This document shows, piece by piece, positions 30,853 through 39,300 of a stretch of 64,000 nucleotides of DNA (positions within the stretch are counted from its first letter, which is position 1; each line of letters begins with the position of its first letter). The position numbers and the translations under genes are program-made. The stretch is taken from positions 6,114-70,113 of the forward strand of contig CANQAH010000001.1 in NCBI GenBank assembly GCA_947588885.1, read 5' to 3'. This DNA comes from an uncultured Clostridia bacterium. Lineage in GTDB: Bacteria > Bacillota > Clostridia > TANB77 > CAG-508. A model generated the notes under the pieces. That model ran no database searches. It was given only the letters and a program-made list of their open reading frames with translations, and was not told the origin of the DNA.

Positions 30853-31235
30853 ATAACTTCAAAGTAATCCACCAGCTATGCTGGGGAGTTGGAAAACTTA
30901 TAGTTTTGCACAAGATAAAAAATCCCACTCAAACATGATATAATATTTTAAGTTTGACGGCTTAAATATAAAATCATGAAAGGAGTGGTACGTATGAAAA
31001 GCCCATACATAAATATTTTAGCACACACAACATGGGAATGCAAGCATCATATAGTATTTGCACCAAAATTTAGAAGAAAAGAAATATATAGAACAATAAA
31101 AGTAGTAAGAGAAAAAAACGCAAGCGAAATAGTTGTAAGCTGTCAAACTGGGACGCTTAAGTGTCAGCAGTATCAAGGCCGTATAGAACAATATGAAAAT
31201 CTTCTACTTACTGGGATAATTATAGAATAGATAAG
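30853..31235 (+). mobile_element. IS200/IS605-family remnant (internally deleted)
   Basis: Subterminal hairpin ccaccagc-tat-gctgggg at ~30868-30886, plus a truncated tnpA reading frame. Confidence 0.55.
30994..31230 (+). pseudogene. tnpA: Truncated IS200-type Y1 transposase (tnpA). Only the first ~37 residues are recognisable.
   Basis: MKSPYINILAHTTWECKHHIVFAPKFRRKEIY matches the IS200 TnpA N-terminus (LAHTKWNCKYHIVFAPKYRR). The HUH motif and catalytic Tyr regions are absent, and the remaining frame is unrelated. Confidence 0.65.
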
Positions 31236-31279
31236 TAGCATTTATGCTACTTTACAGTAAATATACCAGTTAACATAAA

Positions 31280-31308
31280 TTGACTAATTTTTTTAAAAAA
31301 GATATAAT
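31280..31308 (+). promoter_or_regulatory. Near-consensus sigma-A promoter of cassette B
   Basis: TTGACT-N17-TATAAT. Confidence 0.7.
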
Positions 31309-31342
31309 AAAAGTATACTATTATTTATAAGGAGGTAAAAAT

Positions 31343-31801
31343 ATGAAAAGAAGCGATTATTATCGGTATTGCTCAACACTACGGGTCTCTGGAACTGTAG
31401 TTTTTCCGCACAGAAAGGACCTGATTGAATTTTTGTCTATGCACGTGTCGAAGCTTTATCAGGATTGGACGAATGATCAGATGTCTCTTGAAAGCGATCC
31501 GGCGATTAAGCGCGAATGGGCTGTACGTGAATGTACGGAGGGCAGACTAGCTGAGATTTATTCAAGTGAATTTCTGGAAGAGCATGTCGTGCATGAGAAT
31601 GATGCCTTGTATCGGTTGTCAACCAAAGCATTAAAGAGGGTACCGAAGATGTTTAAGGTTTTCATTGATATGAAGGATCATAAAGATTTATACGAATCAG
31701 TTCTAAGACGGATTGCCCAGGGCGATAAGGCTGCGGATGTGTTCCCGGATACCGAATATGTCATCGAAGGATTCAACAAACTTGTTGAAGTAAGTCCGTA
31801 A
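31343..31801 (+). CDS. Unknown-family 152-aa protein, paralog B of the GC-rich triplet
   Basis: ATG after AAGGAGG. 459 nt. Roughly 50-55% aa identity to paralog A by eye. The start lies exactly 1000 bp after the paralog A start. Confidence 0.8.
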   Translation: MKRSDYYRYCSTLRVSGTVVFPHRKDLIEFLSMHVSKLYQDWTNDQMSLESDPAIKREWAVRECTEGRLAEIYSSEFLEEHVVHENDALYRLSTKALKRVPKMFKVFIDMKDHKDLYESVLRRIAQGDKAADVFPDTEYVIEGFNKLVEVSP

Positions 31802-31837
31802 ATACAGAGAAACACAGAGCAGAGCTTTTCATAGGAA

Positions 31838-31868
31838 GGGACGCGCCAGAAATGGCGCGTTTCTTTTT
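31838..31868 (+). terminator. Intrinsic terminator of cassette B
   Basis: acgcgcca-gaaa-tggcgcgt followed by ttcttttt. It runs directly into the right half of a family B M3 module. Confidence 0.8.
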
Positions 31869-32212
31869 GTAGATTACATATTGTCTGCTATTGTTATATC
31901 ATAGGAAAGTGCTCCGCATTTTCTATTATATAAAGGCTTCGCCCCAATTGCACACAAATTTTTTAACAAAAATTTGGCGCTTAGAACAAAGACGCGGACA
32001 ATTCAGGATAATTTTTTCTTTTGCAGACTATATATTGTCCGCTATTGTTATATGATAGGAAAGTGCTCTGCATTTCTTATTATATAAAGGCTTCGCTACA
32101 AATCCACACAAAATTTCTAAAGAAATTTTGGCGGGCGAACAATTGACGCGGACTAAAAAAGGTTCTAAGTAGTAAAAATATTAATAATGTCCGCTATTGT
32201 TCTTAAAAAACT
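31869..32212 (+). repeat. Family B repeats: a partial M3 right arm plus two complete tandem copies
   Basis: gtagattacatattgtctgctattgtt, then two M1-M2-M3 units carrying the two alternative M2 variants (aaattttttaacaaaaattt and aaaatttctaaagaaatttt). Confidence 0.9.
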
Positions 32213-32214
32213 AG

Positions 32215-32244
32215 TTGACATAAAGTAAGAAAATTGGTTATAAT
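32215..32244 (+). promoter_or_regulatory. Near-consensus sigma-A promoter of cassette C
   Basis: TTGACA-N18-TATAAT. Confidence 0.65.
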
Positions 32245-32272
32245 TATATTATTATCAATAGGAGGTGGGAGA

Positions 32273-32731
32273 ATGAACAATTTGGGTTATTACCGGTATT
32301 GCACAGAGTTAAAGGATAATGGAGCCGTTATTTTTAGATCTCGCAATGAATTAATTCAGTTTGTTGTAAAAATGATTTGTAACGAATATGAAGGATTTAT
32401 TGATTTTTGCGAGAAATCTACGGAAAACCCGGAAGAAATCGAAGAGCTGGAATTTCAAAGGGAAAATGATCGCATTTTAATTGAAATCTACGCTGAATCG
32501 TATCTTGAGGAGTCTGTTGTAAAAGAAGACGATCGGCTTTATAAAGTTATGAGAGCGCTGCATAAGGTTCCGAAAATGTTTTGCGTACAAGTCGATACGA
32601 TGAATAGGGGGATTTATAATTTTATTTTAGAACAGCTTAACCACGGCGATGCACCAGGAGTGATATTTCCAATTAATATCAGATATGTCATTGAAGGACA
32701 TCTGAAATTAAAGAGGGAAGTAATATTTTAG
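32273..32731 (+). CDS. Unknown-family 152-aa protein, paralog C of the GC-rich triplet (most divergent)
   Basis: ATG at 32273 after AGGAGGTGGG. 459 nt. Retains YYRY, ELIQF, SYLEESVVKEDDRLYK, VPKMF, GDAPGVIFP and VIEGHLKL. Confidence 0.78.
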   Translation: MNNLGYYRYCTELKDNGAVIFRSRNELIQFVVKMICNEYEGFIDFCEKSTENPEEIEELEFQRENDRILIEIYAESYLEESVVKEDDRLYKVMRALHKVPKMFCVQVDTMNRGIYNFILEQLNHGDAPGVIFPINIRYVIEGHLKLKREVIF

Positions 32732-32767
32732 AAGTAATATTCTGATGGAAAATTGTTCATGACAGGA

Positions 32768-32798
32768 GGGGCATACTAGAAATAGTATGTCCCTTTTG
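32768..32798 (+). terminator. Intrinsic terminator of cassette C
   Basis: gggcatacta-gaaa-tagtatgtccc followed by ttttg. Confidence 0.75.
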
Positions 32799-32799
32799 C

Positions 32800-32853
32800 G
32801 ATATTATAGAAAGTTCAGAGAACTTTCTATAATATAAAAGCTTTGTTTCAAAC
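32800..32853 (+). repeat. Family B fragment (M1 plus the start of M2)
   Basis: atattatagaaagttcagagaactttctataatataaaagctttg. Confidence 0.65.
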
Positions 32854-32960
32854 CTAATTTAATAATTTGCAATTGTTCTAGTTGCTATTATTGAACTTTT
32901 GGAATATAATACTAATGATTTTTATATGGGGAATGAAAATGATATATAGAAGGAGGTTAT

Positions 32961-35546
32961 ATGTTACAGTTAAAAGGTATAACTAAAAATTATTTATCAG
33001 GTGAAATGACTGTAAAGGCCTTAAAAGGAATAGATATAGAATTTAGAAAAAGTGAATTTGTATCTATTTTAGGACCAAGTGGTTGTGGAAAAACAACACT
33101 ATTAAATATTATAGGTGGATTGGACAGATATACTGATGGAGACTTAATAATAAATGGAAAATCAACAAAATTATTTAAAGACAAAGATTGGGATGCATAT
33201 AGAAATTATTCTGTTGGTTTTGTTTTCCAAAATTATAATTTAATACCACATCAAACTGTCTTAGCAAACGTTGAACTAGCACTTACTCTATCTGGTGTTA
33301 GTAGAAAAGAAAGAAAAAAGAGAGCGATTAAGGCTTTAGATGATGTAGGTTTAAAAGATCAAATTCATAAAAAGCCAAATCAATTATCTGGTGGACAAAT
33401 GCAAAGGGTTGCAATTGCAAGAGCTTTAGTAAATGATCCAGATATTATATTAGCAGATGAACCAACTGGTGCACTTGATACAGAAACTAGTGTACAAATA
33501 ATGGAAATATTAAAGAAAATATCAAAAAATAAGTTAATTGTAATGGTTACACACAATCCTGATTTAGCGGAAAAATATTCTTCAAGGTTAATAAAAGCTT
33601 TAGATGGAAAAGTTATTAGTGATTCAAATCCATACACAGAAGAAGACAGAAAAAAAGAGAAAAATTTAAAGGCTAAAACTGGAAAAACATCAATGAATTT
33701 CTTTACAGCTTTATCATTAAGTTTAAACAATTTAATGACTAAAAAAGGTAGAACATTTTTAACTGCTTTTGCTGGAAGTATAGGTATTATTGGTATAGCT
33801 TTAATACTTTCATTGTCAAATGGTGTGCAAAAATATATTGATAAGGTTCAAGAAGATACGCTTTCAAATTATCCTCTTACAATTCAAGAAGAAAGTGTAG
33901 ACGCTGCATCAATGATGGAATTATTTATGGATCAGCAAGAAAAAGAATATAATGATGATCAAATTCATTCTAGACAAATGATAGGCGAAGTTTTTGATAC
34001 TATTTCTAAAAAGGTTCAGAGGAATAACTTAACAGATTTCAAAAAATATATTGAAGAAACTGATAATGATGTAAAAAAATATTCTAATGCTGTTCAATAT
34101 GGATATAATATTACTCTAAATATTTATAAGGATGATACTGAAAATGGGGTTGTTCAAGTTAATCCAGCTACTACTTTTGAAAAATTAGGAATGGCAACTT
34201 CATCAGACTCTTCTTCATATGTGATGGGACAATCAATGGATGTATGGCAAGAAATGCTAGATAATCAAGAATTATTAGAATCTCAATATGATGTATTAGC
34301 TGGAAATTGGCCTCAAAATTATAATGAAGTAGTAATATCAGTTAATAAAAATAATGAAGTAAGTGATTATACATTATATTCATTAGGAATTAAAGATCAG
34401 GCTGAGATAACTGAAAAGATGCATAAAATAATGAATGATGAAGAATTAGAAGAACTTGAAGATGAAACATATACATATGATGATTTTATAGGATTAAAGT
34501 ATAGAATTCTTTTGAATACTGATTATTATGAAAAACAAGGAGATATGTGGTTTAGCAGAAAGAATGATGAAGCATATTTGAAAGAAAAAATTGCTAATGC
34601 AGAAGAAATAAAAATTGTTGGTGTAATTAGACCTAAAGAAGAAGCTGCAGCAACTTCAATGAGTGGTATGGGAATTGTAGGATATAAAAAAGAACTTACA
34701 GAACATATTATTAATAAAATCAATGAAACAGAAATTGCAAAAGAACAGTTAGCTAATCCTGAGATAAATGTATTTACTGGTAAAAAATTTTCAGATGCAA
34801 GTTCAAATTCATCAGCTGGGTTTGATTATTCAAAACTTACACCAGAACAACAAGCTTCTATGGCTAATTTAAGTAAAGAAGAACTTGCTGGGGTAATAGC
34901 TTCATACACAGAAATGGCTGATGCAACGCTTGATGATAATTTATTAACTTTAGGAATTTGTGACTTAGATTCACCAGCATCAATTAATATATATCCAATT
35001 GATTTTGAAAGTAAAGATAAAATAACAGATGATATTGAAAGATATAATCAATCAAAAAGAGATGAAGGAAAAGAAGAAGATGTAATTCAATATACTGATA
35101 TGGTTGCAACAATGATGACTTCTGTTACTGTAATTGTAAACATGATTAGTTATGTACTTATAGCTTTTGTTGGTATTTCTTTAGTAGTTTCTTCAATAAT
35201 GATTGGAATAATAACATATATTTCAGTTCTTGAAAGAATCAAAGAAATTGGTGTATTGCGTAGTATAGGTGCTTCTAAGAAAGATATATCAAGAGTATTT
35301 AATGCGGAAACATTTATTATTGGATTTGTTGCTGGACTTATAGGAATTGGTGTAACATTATTACTTAATATTCCAATAAATGTGATTATAAAAAATGTAG
35401 CTGATGTTTCTAACTTATCAAAATTACCACTAGTTGGTGCAATTGTACTTATTTTAATAAGTATGATATTAACAATGATTGCTGGATTAATACCTGCAAA
35501 AGTTGCAAGTAAAAAAGATCCGGTTGAAGCTTTAAGAACAGAATAA
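32961..35546 (+). CDS. Fused ABC transporter: N-terminal ATPase plus MacB/FtsX-type permease with a large extracytoplasmic domain
   Basis: Walker A GPSGCGKTT, signature LSGGQMQR, Walker B ILADEPT. TM1 at ~aa 265, a ~430-aa loop, then three C-terminal TM helices of FtsX type. Confidence 0.85.
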   Translation: MLQLKGITKNYLSGEMTVKALKGIDIEFRKSEFVSILGPSGCGKTTLLNIIGGLDRYTDGDLIINGKSTKLFKDKDWDAYRNYSVGFVFQNYNLIPHQTVLANVELALTLSGVSRKERKKRAIKALDDVGLKDQIHKKPNQLSGGQMQRVAIARALVNDPDIILADEPTGALDTETSVQIMEILKKISKNKLIVMVTHNPDLAEKYSSRLIKALDGKVISDSNPYTEEDRKKEKNLKAKTGKTSMNFFTALSLSLNNLMTKKGRTFLTAFAGSIGIIGIALILSLSNGVQKYIDKVQEDTLSNYPLTIQEESVDAASMMELFMDQQEKEYNDDQIHSRQMIGEVFDTISKKVQRNNLTDFKKYIEETDNDVKKYSNAVQYGYNITLNIYKDDTENGVVQVNPATTFEKLGMATSSDSSSYVMGQSMDVWQEMLDNQELLESQYDVLAGNWPQNYNEVVISVNKNNEVSDYTLYSLGIKDQAEITEKMHKIMNDEELEELEDETYTYDDFIGLKYRILLNTDYYEKQGDMWFSRKNDEAYLKEKIANAEEIKIVGVIRPKEEAAATSMSGMGIVGYKKELTEHIINKINETEIAKEQLANPEINVFTGKKFSDASSNSSAGFDYSKLTPEQQASMANLSKEELAGVIASYTEMADATLDDNLLTLGICDLDSPASINIYPIDFESKDKITDDIERYNQSKRDEGKEEDVIQYTDMVATMMTSVTVIVNMISYVLIAFVGISLVVSSIMIGIITYISVLERIKEIGVLRSIGASKKDISRVFNAETFIIGFVAGLIGIGVTLLLNIPINVIIKNVADVSNLSKLPLVGAIVLILISMILTMIAGLIPAKVASKKDPVEALRTE

Positions 35547-35561
35547 TTATAAAAGGGGAAA

Positions 35562-35592
35562 GGGACAAATCCATATGAATTTGTCCCTTTTT
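35562..35592 (+). terminator. Intrinsic terminator after the ABC gene
   Basis: gggacaaat-ccatatga-atttgtccc followed by ttttt. Confidence 0.8.
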
Positions 35593-35627
35593 GGTTGTAT
35601 GAATAAAAAAAATATATTAAGTAAAAA

Positions 35628-35735
35628 CTAGAAGTATTAGTTCTGCAAGTTCGTGGTTTAGAGAACAACTGAATTGCTGATTGAAAAAATATAAATCAGT
35701 TCAATTGAGTGAACTTGCAGAATTAATACTTCTAG
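35628..35735. repeat. ~108-bp long inverted repeat between convergent genes
   Basis: The arms ctagaagtattagttctgcaagttc (35628-35652) and gaacttgcagaattaatacttctag (35711-35735) are complementary with one mismatch. The right arm overlaps the stop of the minus-strand gene. Confidence 0.8.
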
Positions 35736-36364
35736 TATATAGCAATAAAAGCTTTAATAACTGTTTGTATGTTAATTTCTTCTGTAGTCCCGTAAACAAT
35801 CTTCTTAAAGAAGTCTGAACTCGTATTACACATTTCATCTATAGCTGTATAAATATTCCAATATACACTAAATATATTTATGTCATATTTATTAGAAATG
35901 AAAGTAAATAGATCTCTTTTACGAAGATTAATATTTTCAGCATCATAAATATAAGCTAAGCAATCTAAAATAAATCTAGTTCCAATTAGATTAGGATTGA
36001 AATGCATCCATTCTAAAACTTTGATAGCGTGAATTTTAAAGTTATATATATTTACTCTTTTACTATATCGTGTTTCTCTAGAAAAAATTTTTAGTAAATT
36101 ACATATTTTTTTAATGGATAATTCTGGAATTTGTGATATAGTTATAGTAATATAATTAAAGTCAAGGAAATGACGTAATATTATGTCCGAGGTTCTAGAA
36201 GTTATTATTACATTTGGTTTTTTCGTTTTGCAAAGTCTAATAACATCTTTTGAAAGTTTACTTGAAAAACCAACCAAAGTGACATTATTACATGATAATA
36301 AAATTGAATTACACAAATTTGATGTATAATCTAAATCATTGCAACAAACAAAAAAACTAATCAT
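35732..36364 (-). CDS. Pseudo-receiver plus Spo0A_C-like DNA-binding domain regulator
   Basis: The C-terminal half (LIGTRFILDCLAYIY...FISNKYDINIFSVYWNIYTAIDE...) follows the Spo0A C-terminal HTH pattern (recalled). The N-terminal half is receiver-shaped but lacks an obvious acceptor Asp (PNVIITSRTSD). Confidence 0.5.
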   Translation of the reverse strand: MISFFVCCNDLDYTSNLCNSILLSCNNVTLVGFSSKLSKDVIRLCKTKKPNVIITSRTSDIILRHFLDFNYITITISQIPELSIKKICNLLKIFSRETRYSKRVNIYNFKIHAIKVLEWMHFNPNLIGTRFILDCLAYIYDAENINLRKRDLFTFISNKYDINIFSVYWNIYTAIDEMCNTSSDFFKKIVYGTTEEINIQTVIKAFIAIY

Positions 36365-36459
36365 AAAAAACTCTCTAAACCTTTCTCTATATATAATTAC
36401 GCATCAAGTATTAAAAAGTAGCGCAAAAAAATAAAAAAATTTTAAAAAAGAGGAAAAAA

Positions 36460-37899
36460 TTGAACGGAGAAATATTAGTAGAAAAATTAAAAGCTATTGA
36501 TGATAAAACTTTTGAAGAAATTTATAAGCAATATTATGAAAAAGTTAAATCCTATGTGACTTCTAAGATTGGCAATGATAATAATATTGAAGATTTAGTA
36601 CAAGAAGTATTTATAAGAGTTTATAAATATTTGGATAGTTATGATAGTAGCAAAGGTAATTTTTATAATTTCATTTTACTTAATGCAAATAATGTAATAA
36701 TTGATTATGTGAGAAAGAAGAAGGTAAGAGAAAATAGAAATTCTGATTGTGACATTGAAACAATTAAAGATGATGATTTCGACTTAGAAGAAATTGGAGA
36801 ACATGCAGAAGAAAAACAAATTTTGAAATCTATAATGGATGAGTTACCAGATACATATAAAGAAATTATAGAATTAATTTATATTAAGGATTTATCAAAT
36901 AAAGCTGCAGCTAATATTATGGGAAAAAATGTTGTAAGTTTCAAATCTACTTTGTACAGAGCTAGAAAGGAATTGAAAAAGAAACTATTTGAAAAATATC
37001 CTGAAATGCGCGATACTTCAATGAAACATACATTAAAGATTATTTTAGTATTAATTTCATCAGTATGCTTATTGAGTGGATTAGTATATGCAACGATTAC
37101 ACTTTATAGAAATGTGTTTATAGGTAATAAATATACGATTTCTGAATTAAATGAAGATATTCCAGAAGAAATGGCTATTGTATCTAGAGAGGATGCAACT
37201 AAGAAGATAAATGATTATTTAGTTGTTCTAGGACATGATGGAAATGTTAACCAAGATGATTTACATTTAATCAGAGATTATCAATTAAGAAAAATTTGTT
37301 GGACTATAAAGAATGAAAAATATTTAATGAGAATTGATGCTGAAAATAATACACTTATTGATTATACTGATTTAGATTTAGAAAATTCAGAAATTAATAA
37401 AGAAAAATTTAAAGAAATATATACTAAATTAGAATTACCTACAGATTATGAGGTTTGTGAAAGCGATAAGAATGGTGATGTAGAAAATATTAAATTAGCA
37501 AAGAAATATGGAGATATTTATAATTATTATGAGAGTGTGACGTTAGCGTTTATTGAAGGTAAATTAAGTTCAATAGTATGTAATAGTTATAATTATGTTG
37601 ATAAAGAAATTTTAATTTCTAAAGAAGAAGCCAAAAATATATTTATAGAAAATGGAGTAAATGCAGATGATATTTATCTAACAATTAAAGAAGTTGATGA
37701 TTTTAGTTATGAAACAGGATCGAATTTAATTGAGGAAATAGATAAAGGTAATTTTGAAATAACAGAAATAGAAAATTTAAAGCCTGATATCAGAAAAGTA
37801 TGGAAAACAGTAGTTAATGATAAAATTTATTTTGTTGATAGTAATACTGGTGAATTTATTAATGGGCTTACAAAATCAATAAGAAATAAGAACAGCTAG
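36460..37899 (+). CDS. Sigma-70/ECF-like factor fused via a single TM helix to an extracytoplasmic tandem PepSY-like domain
   Basis: Region 2 EDLVQEVFIRVYKYL...NNVIIDYVRKK. Region 4 ELPDTYKEIIELIYIKDLSNKAAANIMGKNVVSFKSTLYRARKEL. TM helix LKIILVLISSVCLLSGLVYATITLY. TTG start after AGAGGA. Confidence 0.75.
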   Translation: MNGEILVEKLKAIDDKTFEEIYKQYYEKVKSYVTSKIGNDNNIEDLVQEVFIRVYKYLDSYDSSKGNFYNFILLNANNVIIDYVRKKKVRENRNSDCDIETIKDDDFDLEEIGEHAEEKQILKSIMDELPDTYKEIIELIYIKDLSNKAAANIMGKNVVSFKSTLYRARKELKKKLFEKYPEMRDTSMKHTLKIILVLISSVCLLSGLVYATITLYRNVFIGNKYTISELNEDIPEEMAIVSREDATKKINDYLVVLGHDGNVNQDDLHLIRDYQLRKICWTIKNEKYLMRIDAENNTLIDYTDLDLENSEINKEKFKEIYTKLELPTDYEVCESDKNGDVENIKLAKKYGDIYNYYESVTLAFIEGKLSSIVCNSYNYVDKEILISKEEAKNIFIENGVNADDIYLTIKEVDDFSYETGSNLIEEIDKGNFEITEIENLKPDIRKVWKTVVNDKIYFVDSNTGEFINGLTKSIRNKNS

Positions 37900-37901
37900 A
37901 T

Positions 37902-38513
37902 TTATCTAGCTGTTCCATAATATGTTTTGCTTCCATAAAGTTTAATTGGAGATGTTCCAGCACCAGGAACGTGAGCAGCTGCATTTACTGCTGCATTTCT
38001 GATACTAGATGTTCCTACATATGTAAGCCAAAAATAATAATTAAATGTTTCAGAATCAGCAGTTGTTACACTTCCATTCCAACCTAAGAAACATCTATTT
38101 GAATAACCTGTTGTATGAAATGCATCTGCAAGTTCTGATGAACTAGCACTGTATGATGAATCTATATAAACAAAATCCCAGTTACCTGAAATCATAGTAT
38201 TATCTATTGAATATCCATAATAATCATTGAAATATCCTGTTCCACCGAAAGTATGAACATACATTGCATATCCATTTCCGGTATTTTTTATCCATTCAAG
38301 CATTGAATTTCTTGTTATTGCTCCCATACTTGATGTACAAGGATCATATCCTAATTCACTTAATCCAGCAACAGCATAAGTGCCACAATTTTTATAACTT
38401 GAACTTTTACTACTTGAAAAAACTTTTGCACTTGCTGAAGCATTAACTGTAGAAGATAAAATAGCTAATAAAATGATAATTAAACATACAATTGAAATAA
38501 TTTTTTTATTCAT
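37902..38513 (-). CDS. Secreted G/S/Y/T-rich protein, family unassigned (possible papain-fold cysteine peptidase)
   Basis: Signal peptide ending VNASA. Candidate Cys in YKNCGTYAVAG and His in AMYVHTFGG. The start overlaps the upstream PepSY gene by 8 nt. Confidence 0.35.
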   Translation of the reverse strand: MNKKIISIVCLIIILLAILSSTVNASASAKVFSSSKSSSYKNCGTYAVAGLSELGYDPCTSSMGAITRNSMLEWIKNTGNGYAMYVHTFGGTGYFNDYYGYSIDNTMISGNWDFVYIDSSYSASSSELADAFHTTGYSNRCFLGWNGSVTTADSETFNYYFWLTYVGTSSIRNAAVNAAAHVPGAGTSPIKLYGSKTYYGTAR

Positions 38514-39300
38514 TTACACAGTCACCTCCAATTACATTATTGTCAGAAGCATCTATGTATACTATTGAATTATCAGATGTTTGAATAACCCAAGATGTAT
38601 GAATAGATTTGTCTTCATTTGATTTATCATAAAAATTGTTTGCTTTTTCCATACTTAAAGATGCAGAAACAATTTCTGAAGTATCAATTCCTAGATTTTT
38701 GGCAGCAGATGATATTGCATCTTCTTTACTTACAGAAACAGGAGAATCATCATGACCTTCATTAAATACAGTTAAAGCAACAATTTCATTGTTTTCAGGA
38801 ATAAAAAATACTTTTACTGATTCATATTTATTGTAAACACCATTATAATTTTTTTCAAAATTTGCTTGCCAAATTTCATCATCAAATCTGGCTAAATAAG
38901 ATAGCTCATAATCAGAAGGCAAGTTTAACTCTTTATATTTATTTTCGATCATAGTTCTTGCTTGTTCTTCAGTAGCAACTGTAGTGGTTGATACAGGACT
39001 GGTATTTGTACAATATATGCCAACTAGATTATTGGAAGCGTCTAAGTCAATCATATATTTTTCTGTACAAACTCTATACAAATCTTTTTCTCTAATATCA
39101 TCATAAACTACATTTGTTGATAGAATAGAATTAGTTGAGTTTAATGTTTTTAATATATCTAAAGATATATTTTTCATTTCACTTGTTACTACTTTGGTTT
39201 TTTCTGTAGGGGCTGAAGATGTTGTAGCATATACTATTACAGATGTTAATAAAACAATTAATACAAATGAAATTAAAATTACTTTTTTCTTTAATTTCAT
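38506..39300 (-). CDS. Membrane-anchored or secreted tandem PepSY-like protein, paralogous to the sensor domain of the sigma fusion
   Basis: ATG at 39300 with a GGAGG RBS. Blocks EKYMIDLDASNNLVGIY, YKELNLPSDYEL, NKYESVKVFF, VSKEDAISSAAKNLGID and IVYIDASDNNVIGG align with aa ~270-470 of 36460..37899. Confidence 0.65.
   Translation of the reverse strand: MKLKKKVILISFVLIVLLTSVIVYATTSSAPTEKTKVVTSEMKNISLDILKTLNSTNSILSTNVVYDDIREKDLYRVCTEKYMIDLDASNNLVGIYCTNTSPVSTTTVATEEQARTMIENKYKELNLPSDYELSYLARFDDEIWQANFEKNYNGVYNKYESVKVFFIPENNEIVALTVFNEGHDDSPVSVSKEDAISSAAKNLGIDTSEIVSASLSMEKANNFYDKSNEDKSIHTSWVIQTSDNSIVYIDASDNNVIGGDCVNE

Noticed and set aside
30343-31343. The exact 1000-bp spacing of the paralog A and B start codons as evidence of an artificial construct
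   Set aside because: It is striking but a single coincidence. The intervening DNA (terminator, IS200 stub, diverged leader) looks naturally decayed rather than designed. It is noted in the finding but not interpreted.
30069-32853. Interpreting the cassette array as an integron (ORF plus attC-like palindrome)
   Set aside because: There is no intI integrase or attI in the window. Each cassette has its own promoter and terminator, unlike promoterless integron cassettes. Family B elements are also found after many core genes. Only the loose analogy is retained.
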